Source: Chitinophagales bacterium
GTDB taxonomy: Bacteria; Bacteroidota; Bacteroidia; Chitinophagales; JADIYW01
DNA length: 64,000 nucleotides
Direction of reading: 5' to 3'
NCBI GenBank assembly: GCA_965216955.1
Contig: CBDCGV010000006.1
Location: forward strand, 66,043 to 130,042
Below the pieces are notes generated by a model. The model had not been told where the DNA came from and searched no databases. It worked only from the letters and a program-made list of their open reading frames with translations. The position numbers were made by a program, and so were the translations under genes. Every line of letters starts with the position of its first letter. Position 1 is the stretch's first letter. Positions 55,383 through 64,000 of the stretch are shown piece by piece.

Positions 55383-57779
55383 ATGGTCACTGCAGCAAAA
55401 AATACGATCTGTTATCATTGTGGCGACACCTGTTATGCAAATAATATAATCCTTTTAGAAGACAAACCTTTTTGTTGCAATGGTTGTAAATCTGTTTATA
55501 AAATCCTGCACGACAATTCATTAGATCAATACTATTCTATTGAGAATAAGCCGGGCATTAAACCACCTGAAGAAAATTATTTTGATTACTTAGAGTTAGA
55601 AGAAGTACGAAAAAAAATAATTCAATATGAAGATGAAAAACAAATAAGACTCCAACTTTTTATTCCGAGTATACATTGCAGTTCTTGTATTTTTTTACTT
55701 GAACAATTACATAAAATAAACCCAATATTTAATTATAGTAGAATAAATTATACAAAAAAAGAAATTACTATATCGGTAAAGTCTAGTCCAAATGCAATTC
55801 AAGCGGTCTTTGAGCTTTTAAGTCGTTTAGGATATGCCCCTCATATTCCTCTTAAGAATGAAAGAGATAAAAATCATGAATCTGAAAACTTAATAATTCC
55901 AATTGGAATTGTAGGTTTTTGTTTTGGGAATATCATGCTTCTAAGTTTCCCAGAATACGTTTCAGGAGGAAAGCCTATTGATCCGACATTAAAAACTATT
56001 TTTTCCTTACTTATTATTGCCCTAACCATTCCAGTTCTACTATTTGGGGCTAAAAGATATTTTAAAGCGGCCTATAAAAGTTTAGGACAAAAATATTTAA
56101 GCATCGACATTCCTGTTGCACTAGGTATTTCGGCTCTTTTATTAAGAAGTTTATATGAAATAATTCTTAAAGGAAATGCCGGTTATTTTGATTCATTAGC
56201 AGGACTTATATTCTTTTTGTTAATAGGTCGATGGTTTCAATCTAAAACTTATGATCACTTATCTTTCGAAAAAGATTTTAAATCTTTTTTTCCACTTGCC
56301 ATCTTAAAAAAACAGGCTTCTATATTCAAGGCCACCCCTATTCAAGAATTAAAAACAGGGGATATTATTAGACTGAGAAATCAGGAAGTTCTACCTGTAA
56401 ATGCCAGTCTTATGAATGAGCAAGCCACTTTTGACTACAGCTTTGTAACCGGCGAATCTCAGTTAGTTAAAAAAAGCCAAACTGACAAGTTATTTGCTGG
56501 AGGGAAACTTATAGGCAATGCGGTAGAACTGATAGTTGAAAACCCAAGTAATCAAAGCTATCTGGCAGAATTATGGAGAGAGCAAGATGAAGAAACTATG
56601 CATAATAAACTTCATTCTTTTATAAACAAAGTAAGCCATCGTTTTACCTTAACCATCTTAATAATCGCATGCTTAGGCTTTACATACTGGCTCTATAAAT
56701 CCAACATAAGCAATGCTTTAGAAATACTTACCTCTATTCTTATTGTTGCATGCCCATGTGCTTTGGCTTTGGTCATTCCCTTCACTTATGGAAGTGCCGA
56801 TAGACATCTAGGAAAGCTAGGCATATATCTTAAGAAGGCGGAGATAATAGAATCTTTATACAATATTAAGAACATTGTTTTTGATAAAACAGGCACACTT
56901 ACCAAATCCTCTTCTGAAAAAATAACTTATGATGGTCAAGTATTAACTTCCTTAATTCAAAATCACCTTTCTAGTATATTGACTAACTCTATTCATCCGC
57001 TAAGCCAGCAAGTTGCTAGTCATCTTAATCAACCAACAAGTATTTCAAATGTTATTGATTATAAAGAGATTACAGGCTTAGGAATAAAAGCAATTGTAGA
57101 TAATAATCACTATTTTATTGGATCTTTAAAATGGCTAAAACAAAATAAATTAACCATCTCTTCCTCTTTAAAAAATAACCCCTCTACTATGGTGTGGATT
57201 GGAAAGGATAAAAAGGTACTAGGTTGCTTCAAAATAGGCAATACCTATAGAAAAGGTGTTTTAGATATTATAAAACTGCTTAAAAAGAAATTTAAGATTA
57301 CAATTCTATCAGGAGACACAGATCATGAAAAAGAGTATTTATTAAAGGAAGTTGGTGCAAATGTAGATCTTCTATTCAATCAAAATCCTCTAGATAAGCA
57401 AAAGTATATTCAAAATACAGAAAGCACTATTATGCTTGGAGATGGTATTAATGATGCCGCCGCTCTTAAAGCAAGTGCTGTAGGTATATCTATAACTGAA
57501 GATATATCTACATTTACACCTAACTCTGATATCATAATGGATGCAAATCAAATATCAAGATTACCTTCTCTGTTACAATTTGGGAAAGACTGTAGAAAAG
57601 TAATTTACTGTTGCCTTACACTATCCTTTCTTTATAACATTATTGGACTTACCTTTGCGTTACAAGGACATTTAACACCATTTGTTGCAGCAGTACTCAT
57701 GCCTATAAGTTCTATATCTGTAGTAATAACATCAACGAGTTTAACTACTTGGTTTGTAAAAAGAAGGAACCTTTTATAA
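55383..57779 (+). CDS. ccoI: copper-translocating P1B-type ATPase of the cbb3 assembly pathway (CcoI/FixI)
   Basis: 798 aa. N-terminal CYHCGD..CCNGC, CPC motif (VACPCAL), FDKTGTLT and GDGINDA. Confidence 0.92.
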   Translation: MVTAAKNTICYHCGDTCYANNIILLEDKPFCCNGCKSVYKILHDNSLDQYYSIENKPGIKPPEENYFDYLELEEVRKKIIQYEDEKQIRLQLFIPSIHCSSCIFLLEQLHKINPIFNYSRINYTKKEITISVKSSPNAIQAVFELLSRLGYAPHIPLKNERDKNHESENLIIPIGIVGFCFGNIMLLSFPEYVSGGKPIDPTLKTIFSLLIIALTIPVLLFGAKRYFKAAYKSLGQKYLSIDIPVALGISALLLRSLYEIILKGNAGYFDSLAGLIFFLLIGRWFQSKTYDHLSFEKDFKSFFPLAILKKQASIFKATPIQELKTGDIIRLRNQEVLPVNASLMNEQATFDYSFVTGESQLVKKSQTDKLFAGGKLIGNAVELIVENPSNQSYLAELWREQDEETMHNKLHSFINKVSHRFTLTILIIACLGFTYWLYKSNISNALEILTSILIVACPCALALVIPFTYGSADRHLGKLGIYLKKAEIIESLYNIKNIVFDKTGTLTKSSSEKITYDGQVLTSLIQNHLSSILTNSIHPLSQQVASHLNQPTSISNVIDYKEITGLGIKAIVDNNHYFIGSLKWLKQNKLTISSSLKNNPSTMVWIGKDKKVLGCFKIGNTYRKGVLDIIKLLKKKFKITILSGDTDHEKEYLLKEVGANVDLLFNQNPLDKQKYIQNTESTIMLGDGINDAAALKASAVGISITEDISTFTPNSDIIMDANQISRLPSLLQFGKDCRKVIYCCLTLSFLYNIIGLTFALQGHLTPFVAAVLMPISSISVVITSTSLTTWFVKRRNLL

Positions 57780-57940
57780 TGAATATTATCATTATATTAA
57801 TTGGATGTAGCATTTTGGTAGCGCTTATTTTTTTAATCGCTTTTATAATCTCCGTAAAATCAGGGCAATACGACGATACTTATTCTCCTCCGCATCGAAT
57901 TTTGTTCGATGAAAAAGAGCCAAAAAACCATGAAAAATAG
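57779..57940 (+). CDS. ccoS: cbb3 oxidase maturation protein CcoS/FixS
   Basis: 53 aa from MNIIIILIGCS..SGQYDD motif. The ATG overlaps the ccoI stop (TAATG). The ORF track starts 30 nt earlier. Confidence 0.85.
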   Translation: MNIIIILIGCSILVALIFLIAFIISVKSGQYDDTYSPPHRILFDEKEPKNHEK

Positions 57941-58042
57941 CCTTTTTTACTCATAGTAACTTTCGTCAATCTCAAAGGTGATGCTCGTCATCTTTAAATT
58001 TTGAAACCTTCATTTCCTTTGTATATATAACAAAGTATCTAT

Positions 58043-60172
58043 ATGGGTATGGAACAGTTTAAATATGACAATAAGATCGTAAAGTTTTTTATGATTGCCA
58101 CACTGATTTGGGGAGTTGTTGGAATGTTAGTAGGTGTACTGGTTGCGCATCAAATATATATCCCAGCGTTGAACTTAAATTTCAGTATGACAACCTTCGG
58201 TCGTACTCGTCCGATTCACACAAATGCGATCATATTTGCTTTTGTTGGAAATGGTATGTTCACAGGAATATATTATTCCATGCAGCGAATTCTTAAAACT
58301 CGTACTTTTAGTGATACACTATCTTGGATAAACTTTTGGGGATGGCAATTAATCATTGTAGCTGCTGCGGTAACTTTATCCCTTGGGTTTACTACATCAA
58401 AAGAATATGCAGAACTAGAATGGCCTATAGATATTGCTATTGCAATAGTTTGGGTAGTCTTCGGCATTAACCTAATGGGCACCATCCTAAAGCGTAGAGA
58501 GAGACACTTATACGTTGCCATATGGTTTTATATTGCCACCTTTATAACTGTTGCAGTACTTCATATTGTAAACTCAATTAATATTCCAGTTGGATTTTTA
58601 AAGAGTTACCCCGTTTATGCTGGTGTTCAAGATGCTCTAGTACAATGGTGGTACGGGCATAATGCCGTTGCTTTTTTCCTGACCACTCCTTATTTGGGAT
58701 TGATGTACTATTATCTTCCCAAAGCTGCCAATAGACCTGTTTATTCCTATAGACTATCTATCATCCATTTTTGGGCACTAATATTTATCTATATCTGGGC
58801 AGGACCACACCATCTATTATACACTGCCCTACCGGGATGGGCACAGGCATTAGGAACTGTTTTTTCCATCATGCTAATAGCTCCAAGTTGGGGGGGCATG
58901 CTTAATGGATTGCTTACACTACGAGGTGCTTGGGACAAAGTAAGAGAAAGCCCCACATTAAAATTTATGGTTGTTGCCGTAACTTCTTACGGGATGGCCA
59001 CTTTTGAAGGTCCAATGATGTCAATTAAAAGCGTAAATGCCATTTCTCATTATTCTGATTGGACTATTGGACATGTGCACATTGGTGGTTTAGGATGGAA
59101 TGGTTTCTTAACTTTTGGTATGATGTATTGGTTGGTTCCTAAATTATGGAATACCAAACTTTTCTCTAAAAAATTAGCAAACACTCACTTTTGGATAGGA
59201 ACATTGGGAATAATTATATATGCTGTACCTCTATATTTTGCTGGTTTTACACAAAGTTTAATGTGGAAACAGTTTACAGAAGCAGGAATGCTTAAGTATC
59301 CAAACTTTTTAGATACTGTAACACAGATCAAAACCATGTATATGTTAAGAGGTGTTGGAGGTACACTCTTTTTGCTCGGGACATTTATAATGATATACAA
59401 TCTCATTAAAACGGCTAATCAAGGAAGTTTTGTAGCAGATGAACCAGCCGAAGCCCCTGCACTCGAAGGACCAGCACCTAAAGCTGTTGGTTACTGGCAT
59501 CGCTGGATTGAGAGTCGCCCATTAAAACTAACTTCTTTAGCTTTTGTCGCCATTCTTATTGGTGGAATGGTAGAAATTATTCCATTACTAACTGTAAAAT
59601 CAAATATCCCCACAATATCAAGTGTAAAGCCTTACACACCATTGGAGCTTGAAGGTAGAGATCTCTACATTAGAGAAGGGTGCAATACTTGTCATTCTCA
59701 AATGATTAGGCCTTTCAGAAGTGAGACAGAACGTTATGGCACTTACTCTAAACCTGGCGAATTTGTTTATGATCATCCGCACTTATGGGGTTCTAAAAGA
59801 ACAGGACCAGACCTTGCTAGAGAAGGTGGGCAAAAACTTAAAAAATCGAACTCTTGGCATTACCTGCACATGCTAGACCCAAGAAATGTGTCTAGTGGCT
59901 CCATAATGCCTGCATATCCATGGCTAATCGAAAATGAGCTTAATGTTTCTAAGACACCTAAAAAGATTAAAGTTATGAGACAATTGGGTGTTCCCTATCC
60001 CGAGGGTTATGAAGAGCAAGCAGTTGATGATTTAAGAAAACAAGCTGAAGAAATTACTGCCGATCTAAAAAATGATGGAATTGAAACCATAAGCGATAGA
60101 GAAATAATCGCACTCATTGCCTATTTGCAAAGATTAGGAGCAGATATTGAAAAACCGGTAGCTGTAAATTAA
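58043..60172 (+). CDS. ccoNO: cbb3-type cytochrome c oxidase, fused subunits I and II (CcoN-CcoO)
   Basis: 709 aa. A 12-TM heme-copper core (HNAVAFF, WAGPHHL, GHVHIGGLGW) followed by a TM anchor and a monoheme CNTCHSQMIRPF CcoO domain. Confidence 0.95.
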   Translation: MGMEQFKYDNKIVKFFMIATLIWGVVGMLVGVLVAHQIYIPALNLNFSMTTFGRTRPIHTNAIIFAFVGNGMFTGIYYSMQRILKTRTFSDTLSWINFWGWQLIIVAAAVTLSLGFTTSKEYAELEWPIDIAIAIVWVVFGINLMGTILKRRERHLYVAIWFYIATFITVAVLHIVNSINIPVGFLKSYPVYAGVQDALVQWWYGHNAVAFFLTTPYLGLMYYYLPKAANRPVYSYRLSIIHFWALIFIYIWAGPHHLLYTALPGWAQALGTVFSIMLIAPSWGGMLNGLLTLRGAWDKVRESPTLKFMVVAVTSYGMATFEGPMMSIKSVNAISHYSDWTIGHVHIGGLGWNGFLTFGMMYWLVPKLWNTKLFSKKLANTHFWIGTLGIIIYAVPLYFAGFTQSLMWKQFTEAGMLKYPNFLDTVTQIKTMYMLRGVGGTLFLLGTFIMIYNLIKTANQGSFVADEPAEAPALEGPAPKAVGYWHRWIESRPLKLTSLAFVAILIGGMVEIIPLLTVKSNIPTISSVKPYTPLELEGRDLYIREGCNTCHSQMIRPFRSETERYGTYSKPGEFVYDHPHLWGSKRTGPDLAREGGQKLKKSNSWHYLHMLDPRNVSSGSIMPAYPWLIENELNVSKTPKKIKVMRQLGVPYPEGYEEQAVDDLRKQAEEITADLKNDGIETISDREIIALIAYLQRLGADIEKPVAVN

Positions 60173-60173
60173 T

Positions 60174-60338
60174 ATGTATAAAGAAATTTTAAGAAATACA
60201 GAAGGTATAGGACTACTGCCAAGTTTATCATTTTTGATATTCTTTATTTTCTTTTTAGTGCTACTGATTTATGTGGTTAAAATGAGCAAGTCTCATCGCA
60301 ACCAAATGAAAAATATTCCATTAGATGAAGAACAATAA
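60174..60338 (+). CDS. ccoQ: cbb3 oxidase small subunit CcoQ-like (below the ORF-track size cutoff)
   Basis: Manual translation gives MYKEILRNTEGIGLLPSLSFLIFFIFFLVLLIYVVKMSKSHRNQMKNIPLDEEQ. Single TM helix. It starts 2 nt after the ccoNO stop, in the canonical ccoQ position. Confidence 0.7.
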   Translation: MYKEILRNTEGIGLLPSLSFLIFFIFFLVLLIYVVKMSKSHRNQMKNIPLDEEQ

Positions 60339-61287
60339 AATAAATAATATGATATCGTTCATTCAAAGCCATTTGAGAGCATTTGGCATCAAATCTAAAT
60401 TGACGTTACTTACAATTTTTTTAACAAGCTCAAATTGTATTTATGCGCAAGAAGAAGTTGTTGTTCAACCTTCTTTTCTAGACAATTACTTCAATGAAAT
60501 AGTATTAGGTCTGGTTATACTTGTTTTGTTGCTCATATTTTGGGCTGTAAGCGTTGCTCTAAGGTTTGTTGTACAATTGGCACTAAACGATCTCCCAGAA
60601 GAAAAGCGCAAAAAATATGAATCATTTTCTCTATTTGGAGGTAGTCTTAATTTGGAGCAATTAATGCAAAAACTTACGGATGCTGTTCCTGTGGTTGAAG
60701 AAAATGACATTATGTTAGATCATGAATATGACGGCATAAAAGAACTAGATAATCATTTACCACCATGGTGGAAATACATGTTTTACTTGACTATCATTTG
60801 GGGTGTGGGGTACTTTTCTTACCATTATGTATTTAATGTTGGTAAGGATCAATATGAAAAGTATGAAATGTCGATGATAAAAGCAGAAGAGCAGAAAAAA
60901 GCATATCTAGCAACGCTTGCCAATAATGTTGATGAATCTAATGTTGTTCAAGTTACCAACCCTACAAATTTGGCTGCCGGAAAAAAGATCTATTTAGCAA
61001 ATTGTGTAGCTTGTCATGGTGATTTTGGAGAAGGTAAAATTGGACCAAACCTTACTGATGACTATTGGTTACATGGAAACTCTGTCGTTGATATTTTTAA
61101 AATTGTTAAGTATGGTGTGCCCAACAAAATGGTGGCATGGCAAGAACAATTGCTTCCTGGACAATTAAGTGATGTAACAAGCTATGTAATGTCATTGAAA
61201 GGCAGTAACCCTCCTAATGCTAAAGAGCCACAAGGAGAACTTGTTGTTTCGGAGGCTAACTCGGAAGAGACCGTCAATGAAAACTAA
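60325..61287 (+). CDS. ccoP: cbb3-type cytochrome c oxidase subunit III (CcoP), monoheme form
   Basis: 320 aa (alternative start at 60349). HEYDGIKELDNHLPPWW CcoP N-domain and one CVACHG heme-c site. Confidence 0.9.
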   Translation: MKNNKINNMISFIQSHLRAFGIKSKLTLLTIFLTSSNCIYAQEEVVVQPSFLDNYFNEIVLGLVILVLLLIFWAVSVALRFVVQLALNDLPEEKRKKYESFSLFGGSLNLEQLMQKLTDAVPVVEENDIMLDHEYDGIKELDNHLPPWWKYMFYLTIIWGVGYFSYHYVFNVGKDQYEKYEMSMIKAEEQKKAYLATLANNVDESNVVQVTNPTNLAAGKKIYLANCVACHGDFGEGKIGPNLTDDYWLHGNSVVDIFKIVKYGVPNKMVAWQEQLLPGQLSDVTSYVMSLKGSNPPNAKEPQGELVVSEANSEETVNEN

Positions 61288-61292
61288 GAATC

Positions 61293-62711
61293 ATGTCTGA
61301 TAATGTAGAAGTTGAAGAATCATTCAGAGACACCTTATCTACAGTAGATGAACATGGAAAACGCGTTTGGTTGTTCCCAAAGAAGCCAAGCGGATCATTG
61401 TATAATGCTCGTGGTATTGTCAGTATTGTACTATTGGCATTTATGATATTCATTCCTTTTATTAAAATTAATGGGCATCCTTTGTTTCTACTCAATGTAA
61501 TGGAAAGGAAGTTTATTCTTTTTGGACAAATTTTTTGGCCACAAGATTTTCATCTAATAGTTATAGGATTCATTGCATTTCTTTTATTCATTATTTTGTT
61601 TACAGTCATTTTTGGACGTGTATGGTGCGGTTGGGCTTGTCCTCAAACCATATTTATGGAAATGATATTTCGCAAAATAGAATATTGGGTAGAGGGCACT
61701 GCTGTACAACAAAAAAAATTATATGAAGCGCCTTGGAATAGTGAAAAAATAAAAAAAAGGATGCTAAAGCACTTTCTTTTTTTGGTCGTTTCATTTCTAA
61801 TTGCTCATATCGTATTGGCATGGATAGTTGGTGTAAATGAGGTTGCCAAAAATTTTACTACCAACCCATTGAATGAATTACGCAGATTTTTATCAATGGT
61901 AGGACTCACCCTACTAATCTATGGGGTTTACATACGTTTTAGGGAACAAATGTGTACTACTTTTTGTCCTTACGGCAGACTTCAAGGCGTTATTTTGGGA
62001 AATGACTCTATGGTTGTCGGATATGATTATAAGAGAGGAGAACCTAGAGGGAAAGTTAAAAATAAAGAAACTCAGCAGCTTGGAGATTGTGTTGATTGTG
62101 GGCTATGTGTTAGAGTATGCCCTACAGGAATAGATATCAGAAACGGCACGCAATTGGAATGTGTCAACTGCACAGCTTGTATAGATGCTTGCGATGAGAT
62201 TATGGAAAAAGTGGGCAGAGAAAAAAACCTAATAGGATATCATAGTATTGAGAGTATTGAAACGGGCAAAAAATTTAAATTAAGTGCAAGGCAAAAAGCC
62301 TACTCTATATTGCTTACTTTAATCGTTATGCTATTAACGGCTCTATTGTTTCTAAGGACAGATATTGAAAGTACCGTATTAAGAAGCCCTGGGACATTAT
62401 ACTATAAAAATGATGATGGTACCATTTCCAATCTTTACAAACTGCAAGTTGTTAATAAAACTTTTAAAGATGTTTCTTTTAAACTGACAACGAATTTTGA
62501 GAATGCAGAGATAAAAATGGTTGAAAGTAATAGAAATATCATCCCCGCCTCGGAAGAAATTTCAACAATGTTTTTCTTACATCTACCAAAAGAAGAAATC
62601 AATAAATTAAGTACTAAAATAAAAATCATTATTAAGGATGATTTAGGGAATATTATTGACAAAGAAAAAACTACTTTTTTAGGACCAATTACAAATACTA
62701 TATCAAAATGA
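61293..62711 (+). CDS. ccoG: cytochrome c oxidase accessory protein CcoG (4Fe-4S)
   Basis: 472 aa. CGWACPQT, CVDCGLCVRVCP and CVNCTACIDAC clusters. Confidence 0.93.
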   Translation: MSDNVEVEESFRDTLSTVDEHGKRVWLFPKKPSGSLYNARGIVSIVLLAFMIFIPFIKINGHPLFLLNVMERKFILFGQIFWPQDFHLIVIGFIAFLLFIILFTVIFGRVWCGWACPQTIFMEMIFRKIEYWVEGTAVQQKKLYEAPWNSEKIKKRMLKHFLFLVVSFLIAHIVLAWIVGVNEVAKNFTTNPLNELRRFLSMVGLTLLIYGVYIRFREQMCTTFCPYGRLQGVILGNDSMVVGYDYKRGEPRGKVKNKETQQLGDCVDCGLCVRVCPTGIDIRNGTQLECVNCTACIDACDEIMEKVGREKNLIGYHSIESIETGKKFKLSARQKAYSILLTLIVMLLTALLFLRTDIESTVLRSPGTLYYKNDDGTISNLYKLQVVNKTFKDVSFKLTTNFENAEIKMVESNRNIIPASEEISTMFFLHLPKEEINKLSTKIKIIIKDDLGNIIDKEKTTFLGPITNTISK

Positions 62712-63139
62712 GTTGGGGAAAAGGCATAACGATCACTTTAATAATTTTCATCTTCTTTATTCTATCTTTTGTTTATAAGAGTACTCAGCAAGATTTCGAT
62801 TTAGTAACTAAAAACTACTATGAAGAGTCTTTGGTTTATGATGAGGTTCAAACTAAAAGAAGCAATTTTCAAAATCTCAATACACCAATCAATATAGAAC
62901 TCAATAAAGAAAACGAAACACTAGCTCTCCTTTTACCATCATTTTTTGATGAAAAACCTATTAAAGGCCAACTACATTTATATTGCCCTAAAGATGATAG
63001 TCAAGATCTTGTGATCGATTTTAAAGTGCTTAATCCTCAAATATCCTTAAAAAACTTAACCAAGGGATTATGGCGCTTAATTGTAGATTGGGAAAGTGAA
63101 CAAAAAGGATATAGATACGAACAGAGTATTGTAATATGA
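62708..63139 (+). CDS. FixH-family protein
   Basis: 143 aa. N-terminal TM helix SWGKGITITLIIFIFF. Position after ccoG, with a 4-nt overlap. Confidence 0.8.
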   Translation: MSWGKGITITLIIFIFFILSFVYKSTQQDFDLVTKNYYEESLVYDEVQTKRSNFQNLNTPINIELNKENETLALLLPSFFDEKPIKGQLHLYCPKDDSQDLVIDFKVLNPQISLKNLTKGLWRLIVDWESEQKGYRYEQSIVI

Positions 63140-63837
63140 TAAATGCTATTTTGATAGGAATTTTAGGCTCAGCACACTGTTTAGGAATGTGTGGCCCTCT
63201 AATTCTATCAATGCCTTTTTATAAGCAAGCTAGTAATTTTGAAGCCTTAAGTTATCAAATAAGCTATCATAGTGGGAGAATTCTAACCTACTCTTTTCTA
63301 GGTACAATCATGGGCTTCTTTGGAGAAAGTTTACGTTTATTTTTTATACAACAATGGGTTTCAATTATTATGGGTATAAGTATTTTGCTAATCTACTTCG
63401 TGCCTGTTCTTATTAAGAGATCGAATAAATTATCATATTGGTGGAATAAAAATTTCGTTACAAAAATTAGATCGAAGCTTATTCCTCCCTCCCATCAAAA
63501 GATGACACTAAGCTCTTCATTTAGTTTTGGGTTTATCAATGGTTTGCTTCCTTGTGGATTAGTGTATATAGCCTTGTTATCTTCCATTGCACAACCAACA
63601 ATTGCTCATTCTATGTTATTTATGATCCTTTTTGGATTAGGCACCGGTCCAGCTTTAATTATTTTGGCCTCAACAAAAAATAGTATACCGGAAAAATTCC
63701 AACAATTAATTCGTCCTATCACTCCTTATTTTATTGCTCTAATTGCCTGTTTACTTATTGTTAGAGGGTTAGGGCTAGGTATTCCATATATAAGTCCTGC
63801 CAACAATGCAGAATGTTGCCATATTTCTAATGAATAA
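63136..63837 (+). CDS. TauE/SafE / DsbD_2-like membrane protein of the cco cluster
   Basis: 233 aa. GSAHCLGMCGPLI and GLLPCGLVY motifs. Confidence 0.8.
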   Translation: MINAILIGILGSAHCLGMCGPLILSMPFYKQASNFEALSYQISYHSGRILTYSFLGTIMGFFGESLRLFFIQQWVSIIMGISILLIYFVPVLIKRSNKLSYWWNKNFVTKIRSKLIPPSHQKMTLSSSFSFGFINGLLPCGLVYIALLSSIAQPTIAHSMLFMILFGLGTGPALIILASTKNSIPEKFQQLIRPITPYFIALIACLLIVRGLGLGIPYISPANNAECCHISNE

Positions 63838-63845
63838 GTTTTTTT

Positions 63846-64000
63846 ATGACAAGTTTTCGAATTAGACCAAGATTTAAATACTTAAGCCCACTAAGTCAAG
63901 AAGAAATTAAACAAAAAATAAGACATCAATTGAAAAATACGGATAGATGTTTCGCCATATTTCTATCTAATCAAATCAAACTGAAGATCAACTCTAAAGA
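63846..64000 (+). CDS. hypothetical protein, 5' fragment (runs off the window)
   Basis: The ATG at 63846 opens MTSFRIRPRFKYLSPLSQEEIKQKIRHQLKNTDR.., which stays open to the window end. Confidence 0.4.
   Translation, partial: MTSFRIRPRFKYLSPLSQEEIKQKIRHQLKNTDRCFAIFLSNQIKLKINSK

Noticed and set aside
57941-58042. Search for an FNR/Crp-type box (TTGAT-N4-ATCAA) upstream of ccoNO
   Set aside because: I found only a weak TGAAaccTTCA palindrome and no convincing match. I do not claim regulation by the Crp/Fnr gene at 1174..1761.

Overview
The window looks like a low-GC, densely coding (about 90%) chromosomal segment of a Bacteroidota genome, probably Flavobacteriia-like. Supporting signs are recurrent TAnnTTTG (-7 type) promoter boxes 20-40 nt upstream of starts, a fused CcoN/CcoO cbb3 oxidase subunit, DUF1573, DUF4230 and GH3-family genes, and an ECF-sigma/FecR/TonB-receptor module. 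I can support about 66 protein genes, one tRNA-Ala(GGC), one frameshifted TonB-dependent receptor, several hairpin terminators, promoter boxes and two classes of repeat. I saw no rRNA, CRISPR array, transposase, integrase or phage genes.

Most of the content is core housekeeping:
- Replication and nucleotide metabolism: dnaG, priA, surE, deoxynucleoside kinase.
- Translation: rpsU, rplU, rpmA, def, queA, gatC, trpS.
- Other core genes: ruvX, sucD, fabG, ilvE, an aspC-like aminotransferase, MlaEF-like and MacB-like ABC components.
- A complete cbb3 oxidase cluster: ccoI-ccoS-ccoNO-ccoQ-ccoP-ccoG-fixH.

I do not see a clear-cut new multi-gene system such as a defence island. The observations most worth a second look are:
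1. An ECF sigma/FecR/STN-TonB receptor operon ending in a hyper-acidic lipoprotein (about 30% Asp+Glu) with a Kazal-like Cys motif and three internal repeats.
2. Ribosomal protein L27 carrying a C-terminal extension of about 128 aa, made of a Lys/Ala/Pro linker plus a helix-hairpin-helix-like domain.
3. A direct repeat of about 85-90 nt bracketing a leucine-rich-repeat lipoprotein gene, which itself contains near-identical 66-bp tandem units.
4. A TonB receptor split by a +1 frameshift.
5. A BCCT transporter whose first TM helix is encoded upstream of any canonical start codon.
6. Several compact repeat or palindrome sites in promoter regions.

All coordinates I derived by hand may be off by 1-2 nt.
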